IMG/VR virus record: IMGVR_UViG_2061766007_000892
Source: an uncultured virus (IMG/VR IMGVR_UViG_2061766007_000892)
Lineage: Duplodnaviria > Heunggongvirae > Uroviricota > Caudoviricetes
DNA: 61,317 nt
Direction: 5' to 3' (one strand)
Part shown: in pieces, positions 27,594-36,386 of the stretch
How positions within the stretch are numbered: position 1 is the first letter of the stretch
Layout: each line of letters starts with the position of its first letter
Position numbers and translations under genes: made by a program
Notes under the pieces: model-generated
The model's input: the letters and a program-made list of their open reading frames with translations, nothing else
What the model was told of the DNA's origin: nothing
The model's database searches: none

Positions 27594-27670
27594 TGGTGCT
27601 CCACCTGGGATTCGAACCCAGACTCCCCTGATTAAGAGTCAGATGCATTAGCCAATTGTGCTAGTGGAAC
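27594..27670 (-). tRNA. tRNA-Lys(CTT)
   Basis: Loop CTCTTAA, ACCA. Confidence 0.92.
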
Positions 27671-27671
27671 A

Positions 27672-27747
27672 TGGTGGACCTACCCGGACTCGAACCGGGC
27701 ACCTCATCCTTGCAAGGGATGCGTTCTACCAGATGAACTATAAGCCC
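27672..27747 (-). tRNA. tRNA-Ala(TGC)
   Basis: G3-U70, loop CTTGCAA. Confidence 0.95.
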
Positions 27748-27752
27748 ACAAG

Positions 27753-27827
27753 TGGCATCGGTACTAGGAATTGAACCCAGATAATGACATTAGAAGTGTC
27801 ATGTTCTCTCCGTTGAACTATACCGAC
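27753..27827 (-). tRNA. tRNA-Arg(TCT)
   Basis: Loop CTTCTAA. Confidence 0.93.
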
Positions 27828-27872
27828 AGATAATACCAAATACTAAAAGCTTGATTAAGTATCAACTTTTTT

Positions 27873-27978
27873 CTAGGCACTCGTTTTGCTTAATAGCGAC
27901 GGCCTTTAGTATTTGGCGGTTCAATTTTCTATATATCATCCAATACTTGTATAAAAGAAAATTGCTGGTGTGTGCCTA
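27873..27978 (-). ncRNA. Y-RNA-like copy 7
   Basis: TAGGCACAC-ACCAGCAATT...GAGTGCCTAG. Confidence 0.7.
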
Positions 27979-27993
27979 ACCGCAATGCGGAAT

Positions 27994-28071
27994 TGGTGGC
28001 TTGAGATGGAGTCGAACCATCACCCTCTGGTTTTTCAGACCAGCACTACAGACCGCATAAGTTATCAAGCC
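27994..28071 (-). tRNA. tRNA-Phe(GAA)
   Basis: CTGGT-CTGAAAA-ACCAG. Confidence 0.92.
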
Positions 28072-28074
28072 ATA

Positions 28075-28150
28075 TGGTGCGAAGTGACGGACTTGAACCG
28101 CCGACCCTTTGCTTGTAAGGCAAATGCTCTCCCAGCTGAGCTAACCTCGC
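28075..28150 (-). tRNA. tRNA-Val(TAC)
   Basis: Loop CTTACAA, canonical cloverleaf. Confidence 0.95.
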
Positions 28151-28398
28151 ATAAATCTGGTGTCCATATAAGTATGTCGGTAACGCGCCGCCAGAAGCAC
28201 GGCTACATTCTCTATCAGTTAAATACTTACGTCATGTATTACTCTCTTGCGTTATTATGCTTTATTTCATCCTCAATTGGCACATCGTTTCGCCAAATTA
28301 AGGCGTAATACTACCGCCACCCTTCCGCACCTTGTAGCCACAGCCATATCGGGTGGATNNNNNNNNNNNNNATATCAGAATTTATGTAAGAAGTCAAA

Positions 28399-28475
28399 TG
28401 GTATCCCACCCGAGATTTGAACTCGGAGAAACTAGAACCTTAATCTAGCGTGTATGCCAATTCCACCAGTGGGAC
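28399..28475 (-). tRNA. tRNA-Leu(AAG), short variable arm
   Basis: CTAGA-TTAAGGT-TCTAG; ACCA. Confidence 0.88.
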
Positions 28476-28479
28476 ATAT

Positions 28480-28572
28480 TGGCGCCCGCGGAAGGATTTG
28501 AACCCTCGCGCCGGTTTCCCGACCTCTCGGTTTTCAAGACCGATCTCTTCAGCCAAACTTGAGTACGCGGGC
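28480..28572 (-). tRNA. tRNA-Ser(TGA)
   Basis: Long variable arm, loop CTTGAAA, GCCA. Confidence 0.95.
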
Positions 28573-28600
28573 ACATGCCCGTTTTCACGGGCAATTACTA

Positions 28601-28903
28601 TCAATGAAAAATATTGAAAATATCATTGAATAGAGTTGGGATGTCACTAACATCCTTGGTAGAGTAATGATAGCTACCATACTTAGAACAGAAAGCCTCC
28701 AGCTCCTTCTTATAGGCAGACTGAGCTTCGTTCATAGCCTTACGCGCGGCTTCAACCTTGTCCGCGGCAGCCTTGCGTTCAGCCGCGATGCGCTTCTTTT
28801 CATACTCTTCCTTTTCCTGTTTGGCGATTAGTTCACGCTCAGCAGCTAGACAATCATTAGCATTGTCATAAAACTTCTTAGTTACATCACTGTAGTACTT
28901 CAT
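28601..28903 (-). CDS. coiled-coil hypothetical protein
   Basis: Start MKYYSD after GGAGAGG. Confidence 0.7.
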   Translation of the reverse strand: MKYYSDVTKKFYDNANDCLAAERELIAKQEKEEYEKKRIAAERKAAADKVEAARKAMNEAQSAYKKELEAFCSKYGSYHYSTKDVSDIPTLFNDIFNIFH

Positions 28904-28970
28904 ATAAGTTCCTCTCCTTATAAATTTTATTACATCAGGTAGGAGTTCCTTTCCTCCTCCTGATATAATA

Positions 28971-28999
28971 ATTATAGCATAGTTTTCATTTAGAGTCAA
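28971..28999 (-). promoter_or_regulatory. sigma-A promoter heading the tRNA array
   Basis: TTGACT-17-TATAAT. Confidence 0.8.
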
Positions 29000-29002
29000 A
29001 TA

Positions 29003-29407
29003 TTAGATTTCTTTCCAACCAGCTGGATAGTTTGCTGGTGACCATATGTTATTAGCAATAACACTTTCATAAACTTTACCTTCAAACATTACCCTGTCAC
29101 CAATTTGATAAGCATTTGTACTATCTGGTTGTTCCCATTCTGGAATTACTTCTGGATCTGGAATTAAAACTTTTGCCCAAAGACTTGGAGCCGCGATTGG
29201 GCTCCAAGTTGGTTGAGCAATATGGTCTTGTAGACATCTATAAAGTACATTTTGTAAACGAACTTTATCGCCTACTTTATATTCAGCGCTGTCATTCCAG
29301 CGTGGAAATAATTGAACCGCTTCTAAAGCATCTTCATCATCAAGGCTTAAAGCGGCCTTTTCAATGAAAGGGCGGAGTTTAACCGCTAAATCAACTAAAG
29401 TTCCCAT
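29003..29407 (-). CDS. CBM5/12 (ChtBD3-like) carbohydrate-binding repeat protein
   Basis: W..Y.VGDKV..LYRCLQDH..W.P..APSLW; EWEQPDSTNAYQIGDRV. Confidence 0.8.
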   Translation of the reverse strand: MGTLVDLAVKLRPFIEKAALSLDDEDALEAVQLFPRWNDSAEYKVGDKVRLQNVLYRCLQDHIAQPTWSPIAAPSLWAKVLIPDPEVIPEWEQPDSTNAYQIGDRVMFEGKVYESVIANNIWSPANYPAGWKEI

Positions 29408-29671
29408 TTACTCCACCCCCAATAAGATTTTTGCCGCCTGAAGTTCTTCTTGTAGTGCTTCAATATCTTGTTGATTTTGAGAAAGAATAGCAAAATATTC
29501 ATCTTTGTCGTATTCAATAAGTGTATATTGATAGCAATGTTCTATTGTATCTTCTATTTCACGCTCAATTTCTTGGATATTTGTCGCTAGAAAAACTTTT
29601 GTTGCGGTTATATCAATTTTGGGTGGTTCTATTGTGGAATAGGTAGAATCATAGATTTTCATTATAACCAC
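29408..29671 (-). CDS. hypothetical (tail-associated) protein
   Basis: YQYTLIEYDKDEY motif, context. Confidence 0.6.
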   Translation of the reverse strand: MVIMKIYDSTYSTIEPPKIDITATKVFLATNIQEIEREIEDTIEHCYQYTLIEYDKDEYFAILSQNQQDIEALQEELQAAKILLGVE

Positions 29672-29674
29672 CTC

Positions 29675-31561
29675 TTATAAAGAATTATACCAAGTATTGT
29701 AATTATGATTATCAATCATTGTATTTGTTGTTGGAATAAACATTACACGTGCAGAATCATGGCGAGAATGGAAATTGGTAGTTGTTTCTAAACTATAGTA
29801 GAAAAGACCACTATTTGTTGTAGATGAGGAGAAACCGCCAATCATTCCAACGGTTTGTTCATTTTGATTACTATTTTGATATGTATAATCACCAATTGGT
29901 AAATTACTATTAGCATTAGAAGATACTTCAATTGGAAGATAAATCCAATCAAAATCATTATCATATCCAAAAGCGTTTATCCAACCATCAGCATTCGTTA
30001 TTTTAAAGCTAATATCAGTACCATTATAATTGGCAGTATGATTTATAATTGTTAGTCCATCAATCATTTTCCACATATTACCATATGGATTTTCTATACC
30101 GCGATATGAAATAGAGCATTTGCCTTCTTCAGAATAAGTTGTTTCTACGCCATTTCGTATGGTAAGGGAAGAAAGCGCTTGTCCAGAACTATTTAATAAG
30201 GATAAAGTAGAGCCAGTATTAAAACCTAAATTTATATTAGCAACATTAGACGCTTCTGTAAGTCCTTTATTAAACGCATTTTGTATATTTGGACTACCAT
30301 ATTCTACCATCATTAGCATTTGATTCATGGAAACAAATTTTAAATCAGTCATTTTCCAACCTATACCGTTATTTTCCGCCATTTTCTTTGCGTTTGCCGC
30401 GGTAAACTCTTGAGTTGTGCCACTAATTGGCTTTGCATTTATGGTAGAGACTAAACAGTCATGTTCAAAGTCAATATTTTGTGCGTCGTTATATACAAAG
30501 GTATTTGAAGAATAGCGATAAGCACTACCTTCAAAAGCTGGTAATAAAACATATCTTAAAGCGTTGCCATTTTCATCATGAAAAATTGGATGTAACATAA
30601 ATCCAGCATATTTTTTATCAGATAAATAAAGGTGTTCTTTATTTACCTTAATACCATTAGTAGTATTCGTTGTAGATAATGGCACGCGCAAATAATAGAA
30701 AGATGGCTGATAAACCATAATACGTTGATCAGCTACGGTCTCGGCTGTATCTTCTGAAGTAAGGAAACGAGTAATATTGCCTTGTGCATCAACAATACAA
30801 CGTTTGCGGCCGCCAAACATCGTGAATTTATTAAATGCTGTACCAGCAGTTAATCCTTTCGCGCCTTGTAAGCGAGAAAAAGTCTTATTGGCATAGTCAA
30901 TTTCTAAGCCAACTATATCATCATTTTTATAAGTACCCGAAATTATTTGAGTAAGAATTACATCAGCTTCTGTAATAGAGCTAGGAATAATATTACCATT
31001 TTCATCAATAGTCACAATAGATCCCTCATCTTTTGCTGAAATATTACCAGAAATATTGCCAGAACCAGAACCTCCACCAGATGGAATATTGTTAATTTTA
31101 TTTTCTAATTCTGTTTTTTGATTTTGTAAGGCTTGTGTAATAGCCTTTTGAGTCATACTACCGTCTTCATTTGAACCAGTAGTAAAGTAATTTTTCATTA
31201 CTTCGTAAGCCTGCAGGATACCCTTTTTTCGCGCGCGAACTTTTTTGATTTTTGCTGAAGAAGTATTATCATCTATTACATCTACTTCTGAAACTCCATC
31301 TGTTTCAATAGAAGATACGGCTTCTTGAACTTTAGATTCAATTGCCGTATCAATATCATTTTCTAATAAATCAAAAGCTTCTGCGGCTTCTTGCGCGCGA
31401 GTATTAGCTTCCTCTGCGGCATCAAGTGCTTCTTGTGCTTGGTCTATTTTTGCCGCGACCTCATTTGCTTTTGCCATTGCTTCATTTGCTTGGCGAGTTA
31501 ATTTTTCTGTTTCTCCTGTGAAGGATTTCTTTTTGGCTATAATAATATCTAAAATATCCAT
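29675..31561 (-). CDS. tail fibre/receptor-binding protein with CLec/FGE-like C-terminus
   Basis: Coiled coil, then GSMTQKAIT, LHPIF..PAFEGS, YRGIENPYGNMW. Confidence 0.7.
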   Translation of the reverse strand: MDILDIIIAKKKSFTGETEKLTRQANEAMAKANEVAAKIDQAQEALDAAEEANTRAQEAAEAFDLLENDIDTAIESKVQEAVSSIETDGVSEVDVIDDNTSSAKIKKVRARKKGILQAYEVMKNYFTTGSNEDGSMTQKAITQALQNQKTELENKINNIPSGGGSGSGNISGNISAKDEGSIVTIDENGNIIPSSITEADVILTQIISGTYKNDDIVGLEIDYANKTFSRLQGAKGLTAGTAFNKFTMFGGRKRCIVDAQGNITRFLTSEDTAETVADQRIMVYQPSFYYLRVPLSTTNTTNGIKVNKEHLYLSDKKYAGFMLHPIFHDENGNALRYVLLPAFEGSAYRYSSNTFVYNDAQNIDFEHDCLVSTINAKPISGTTQEFTAANAKKMAENNGIGWKMTDLKFVSMNQMLMMVEYGSPNIQNAFNKGLTEASNVANINLGFNTGSTLSLLNSSGQALSSLTIRNGVETTYSEEGKCSISYRGIENPYGNMWKMIDGLTIINHTANYNGTDISFKITNADGWINAFGYDNDFDWIYLPIEVSSNANSNLPIGDYTYQNSNQNEQTVGMIGGFSSSTTNSGLFYYSLETTTNFHSRHDSARVMFIPTTNTMIDNHNYNTWYNSL

Positions 31562-31574
31562 AGATGAATCCTCC

Positions 31575-31769
31575 TTATACTAAATTCCATTCCTTATTGC
31601 TGCCAGCAATATAAACATCTAATCCTCCGCTTTCGCCGCTTACAACAATACAGACAGAACCAAGAGTAATGTATTTTGGATCTATATTATCCATATCTTG
31701 TATTGTGTCACAATAATGCTCATAAGTAATCACATTGTCTTGTGAGCCATGCTTGGTCATAATATTCAT
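31575..31769 (-). CDS. small hypothetical protein
   Basis: MNIMTKHG..., overlaps upstream stop. Confidence 0.55.
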   Translation of the reverse strand: MNIMTKHGSQDNVITYEHYCDTIQDMDNIDPKYITLGSVCIVVSGESGGLDVYIAGSNKEWNLV

Positions 31770-32207
31770 TCTATAACCCCCTTTATTCGCCTTCCCCAAG
31801 AAAAGCGTTTATTATAATATCCTTCTAATAAGGTAGATATTACCACTTTGTGTTTGCCAGAAGAACAATGAATAAATTCTCCATTACCAATATAAATACC
31901 GGCGTGGTCGCATAAATCTTTATCATTACGAGTATTAAAATATACGGCATCACCAGGCCGCAAGTCTTCTATTTTTTCTATTTTTTGGTATTCTTCATTA
32001 TAACCTTGTTGTTTTGCTGTTCGGGGAAGTTCAATATCGTAAATAGTTTTATAACAATAAAAAACAAAACCAGAACAATCAAAAGCATTTGGTCCTTCGG
32101 CACCATACNNNNNNNNNNNNNNNNATATTAACTATTTCTTCAGCATTTCCTATTGTTACAAAGAATAATAGAATTGCCGCGAGAAAAGCGATAAGTGCTT
32201 TTTTCAT
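31766..32207 (-). CDS. secreted NlpC/P60 (C40) peptidase
   Basis: Signal peptide MKKALIAFLAAILL; YGAEGPNAFDCSGF; LPRTA; PGDAVYF; HAGIYIGNGEFIH. Confidence 0.85.
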
Positions 32208-32265
32208 TTATATCACCTCAAATAGAGAAGTGAGAATGCTATATAATTGTTCTGGTTTTTAGTGC

Positions 32266-33021
32266 TTATTCAGTAATTAGTTGCCAACCGGCTGGATAGG
32301 CTTCTGGTGANNNNNNNNNNNNNNNNNNNNNNNNNNNNNNNNNNNNNNNNNNNNGGTCGCCCGTCATATAAGGATTAGTTGAATCCGGCTGTGTCCATTC
32401 GGCAATGGTTGGTTCTTGTTGTGCTTCAGAATCAGAAATCCAAGGGGCATTCACTGTGCCAGGCTCCCAAACATTATTATCTGCGGTTGAAGTCCAAATT
32501 TCTCCGTTGTGGCGAACACGAGCTCCTGTAGCATAACCGTTTGTAGAATCTGGTTGAATCCAATCATAGATAATGGTTGGGTCTGGATTTAATAGAATTG
32601 CGAATAAGCTTGGCGCAGCATCTGGCGTCCAAGTGTCTTGAGAAGTATGGGCAGTAAGAACTTTATATAAGCCTTGACGATAACGAAGGCGATCATTTAC
32701 TGCGTAATTTACACCAGATTTCCATTCTTTGAAGAGAATTGGATATTCTGCGGCGGTTTCATCAGAAAGTGTGGCTGCGACCGCGTTTAAAGAAGTACGA
32801 AGTTCTTCAACTTCAGAAGTTGTATTTACGCCAAGTTCTTCGTAAATTTCTTCGGCTTCAGTACGAGAATAGATAACGCCCTTTTCTACATATAAATCAA
32901 AATATTCCAAGGCTTCTTGGATGCTATCAGTTGGAGTATAACCTTCTGTTGGTTGGTCTCCGCCAAATGCGACTAATAGACCAGCGCGATTATTAGAATA
33001 AGTTTCTTTCATGAATCCCAT
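32266..33021 (-). CDS. CBM5/12 repeat protein (paralog of 29003..29407)
   Basis: Three W.QPDSTN.Y / Y..D...Y repeats. Confidence 0.75.
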   Translation of the reverse strand: MGFMKETYSNNRAGLLVAFGGDQPTEGYTPTDSIQEALEYFDLYVEKGVIYSRTEAEEIYEELGVNTTSEVEELRTSLNAVAATLSDETAAEYPILFKEWKSGVNYAVNDRLRYRQGLYKVLTAHTSQDTWTPDAAPSLFAILLNPDPTIIYDWIQPDSTNGYATGARVRHNGEIWTSTADNNVWEPGTVNAPWISDSEAQQEPTIAEWTQPDSTNPYMTGDXXXXXXXXXXXXXXXSPEAYPAGWQLITE

Positions 33022-33041
33022 AGTAGATTCCTCCTTTCATA

Positions 33042-34103
33042 TTAAATTGGTTTTAACCAAATCATCCCTTCTGTGGGTGATGATGGGGTGTCGGTTGAGT
33101 AGACTATTCCTAAATCTACGCGTGTAACCGCACCAGTTTTTCCTTCAATACTAGTTACACCAGTACTAGAAGTTAAATATGTATTGGTGTCTAAAGTCCA
33201 GGTATTGGCTGCGGTTTTCTTTAAGAAACCAGAAGTTCCAGAAAGAGCTTCTATTGCTTTTAAATCATCTGCTCCAGTTACGCCTGTTAAGGGTACGGCG
33301 CTCGCATTCGCGGCGGTACCGGTATAAGTTGTAGAAGAAATATAGGATGATGTACCGCTACCAAGGTATACTTGTTTTGCTTGTAAATCTGCTGTTCCTG
33401 TAGTACCACCAAAAATAAATTTTGTTGGTATTGCGCGACTATCTTTTGCACGATAGCCAATGAATATTGTTGTACTACTTGTTGCACCACCAAAATTAAT
33501 TTCATTGGAATTTTCTGGATACAGCCATATGTCTGATATGCCAGATTTAGTTGCGGTCGCGGCGTTACCAGTACATGAACCCGATGAACCACTTACGTTG
33601 CCCGTGACATCGCCAGTTAAATTACCATAAATTTGGTCAATATACGCACCTTTCCAATACCAACCTGATGTACCAATATAATTATGTCCTGAGCCTGCTC
33701 CACCAGAAGCACTTGGCAAAATACCATAATTTGTATTACTAGTTCCAAATTTATACCATCCATTAGTAGTACCATCAGCAGGCATTATTGTATTATAACT
33801 ATCAGAAATTAAGGACCAAGTGCCTAAATTAGTTCTTGCACTTGCGGCCGTAGTGGCTCCAGTACCACCGTGGTCTACACCTAGTGTTCCAGTCATTGAT
33901 GTTAGAGCTGTAGTGTTATTATCTGAAGCCCAATAAACGCTTGTACCATTAGATTTCAAAACCTGTCCATTACTTCCTACTCCATATGTAGTCCCATTAC
34001 TTGAAGTAGGGATTTTAAGAATTTGAAATTGATTGGTCGTTGAGTATAAAGTATCAGTTGCCCGTAGGCTTCCGCTAACGACTGTATCTTTTAATTGTGC
34101 GAT
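33042..34103 (-). CDS. tail fibre protein, probable ATC start
   Basis: Frame extends 48 codons above the ORF-track start to ATC GCA CAA TTA AAA, 7 nt after GGAGGAG; GGTGATTAASARTNLG motif. Confidence 0.7.
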   Translation of the reverse strand: MAQLKDTVVSGSLRATDTLYSTTNQFQILKIPTSSNGTTYGVGSNGQVLKSNGTSVYWASDNNTTALTSMTGTLGVDHGGTGATTAASARTNLGTWSLISDSYNTIMPADGTTNGWYKFGTSNTNYGILPSASGGAGSGHNYIGTSGWYWKGAYIDQIYGNLTGDVTGNVSGSSGSCTGNAATATKSGISDIWLYPENSNEINFGGATSSTTIFIGYRAKDSRAIPTKFIFGGTTGTADLQAKQVYLGSGTSSYISSTTYTGTAANASAVPLTGVTGADDLKAIEALSGTSGFLKKTAANTWTLDTNTYLTSSTGVTSIEGKTGAVTRVDLGIVYSTDTPSSPTEGMIWLKPI

Positions 34104-34187
34104 AAGTCATCTCCTCCTTGAGGCTTCTTATCGCCTCATTATGTTTCTATGATTTCATTAGTTTCAATAAGAGCATTTTTTATTAAT

Positions 34188-36356
34188 TTAGTGTTTGTTT
34201 CTTNNNNNNNNNNNNNNNNNNNNNNNNNNNNNNNNNNNTAAAGGGCAGATACAACTATCTAAGCGGCAATAAACTGGTTGTTCTACATAATAGTACACTT
34301 CAATTCTGTCTACCGTTTTATTACTTGGTGTAATATATACTTTATGTTGCCATCCCTTATTGCCGCCAGTAAAAACAAATGTGTTTTCAAAAGAATCATC
34401 TGTATAAACCAATCTTAAACCGCCTGCAACATTATTCCCATTATAAATAACAGCATCANNNNNNNNNNNNTATAGGATGTATTTGCTTCAAAATAACCTT
34501 TTAAAAATCCACTTGTTGAATTTTCTAAATTTTGATAGAAAATATGCGCACGAATATCCATTGCGGGTGACCCATTATGGGTGGTAATATTACCATTACC
34601 CTCTGTATATCCGGTTTTAGCAAATGGCATAATTAATTCACTTCTAAATAAATTTGAAGTATTTTCTTTATATTCAAAAGTATGTAAATTTTGTAAATTA
34701 TCCACTCTCATACCCATATTATACAACAATTTTATATCATTGTCAAGTAATGCGGTGGTATATATTCTCATATCTGATAAATTGCCTTGCCAAGCGGTGG
34801 ATGTGTCAATGCCAAATAAGCCGGTATGAAAATTAGTTTTTATAAATTGGCCAGTACCAGTTCTATCACTTTGCGCTACATAAGCTCCATTTTGATAATA
34901 TTTTAATAAACCATCTTTAAATGTCCAAGCNNNNNNNNNNNNNNNNNNNNNNNNNTCACCAGTAGTCCAACTATTAGTAGAAGAACTACTAGTAGTAGCG
35001 TGTGTCCAAGTTATAAATGGTCTAAAATCTATACCACCATAGGAATTTAAATATGTACGTAAAATTCCTCTATAAAGGTCACGTGCAGTGGCTGTTGTAT
35101 AAGTACGTTTTACCCAGCAGGCATAAGTTAGCTCTGGTATTAACACATTATCAGGAAAAAATTTCTCTATTGTAGCAGTTGTTGTGCCATTAAGTGCGGT
35201 GGAAGCGGTATAACGAGGGGTATCACTTGTAGTAGCAAGAACTGATGAAGCAGTAGCATTATGGTTATAACCACTACTATCTGAAATAATCGTCCTATCA
35301 ATTGCTAATTCACTATCTGCTGGGCACCATGGAGTTGCTGTATCACCTTTTTCCAATTTAAAATCATATAATGTAATTGGTCCTTGTCCAGAGACGAGTG
35401 AGCGAGCCGCATCATCTAAAAAATTTACATAAACAGTTTCTCCATTAGCCCCAGTTGCAGCAGTTTGAGTGCCCGTCCAATTCATAGTAAATGTTAAAGA
35501 ACATAGGCCATTATGATCTATATATAATAGTCCCATATCAGTATTACTTTGAGCAAATAATGGAAATCTATAATAAGAACCATCTAATAATCCTGATACT
35601 TTACAACTAATAGTATAAGTTGTTCCTGATACAAGTTGTTCTGTCATAAATAAACGAAAATAAGTATCAGCATTTTGTGCGGCCGGAATTGTGATTTTAT
35701 AATCACCTAACCAAGTAGTTCTTCCACCATCAGCAGTAGAGGTTGGAGCTGCTTGTCCGGGCACTACATATTTAGCTAATAAATTTGGATTTCCAAATAA
35801 TCCGCCGTTTAGTTTATAATGCACCACCAACCCCTGCGCAATTTCCTTTACTTCTGCGGCGGAAAGACAGTGGTCGTAGATGCGGACGTCATTTAAAAAA
35901 ATAGATGTTCCTACTCCTAAACGTAATCTTCCAATAGTATCATTAGTTACTGCTTCGCTAGAAGTTGTTTGTAATACTCCATCATAATAGCAGCAACTTT
36001 TTCCATCTTTTACAATGAAAGCATAGTGATGCCAAGAGCCTATTTCAGCATTATATACATTTAAAGATGGATTATATTCAAGTTTAAATCTAGTAGAATC
36101 AGCAACATAAATACCGTGTATTTGAGAATTATCACTATTATCAATACCTATTATTAATTGCCAATTTGTTGTTGAATTAGTTTTAGCCCAAAAGCAATAG
36201 CTACTATTATTAAAAGATAAATTATTTAAATTAGTTAATGTAATTGTTGCAGGACTATAACACTTTCCAATCTTTCCATCATTATTAACTGTTGCACCAT
36301 TATTAGTAATCGTAACATCACTACATCCTAAATTTCTCAAATCCCCATCAAGAGGG
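34188..36356 (-). CDS. LamG/concanavalin-like tail protein (gap-broken)
   Basis: WHHYAF..YYDG..LNDVRIYDHCLS twice; KLEKGDTATPW. Confidence 0.75.
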
Positions 36357-36386
36357 NNNNNNNNNNNNNNNNNNNNNNACTCCCCC

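Noticed and set aside
5548..28308. ORF-track ORFs over tRNAs (e.g. 5548, 6093, 6253, 7733, 8831, 25660, 27402, 27970 on +; N-terminal extensions of 6818, 9564, 24508)
   Set aside because: Antisense or overlap artefacts of GC-rich RNA genes; better starts with RBS lie downstream.
5549..28572. Suppressor tRNA / stop-codon reassignment
   Set aside because: No CTA, TCA or TTA anticodon among readable tRNAs, and long genes read through in the standard code. Three anticodons are hidden in gaps, so this is not fully excluded.
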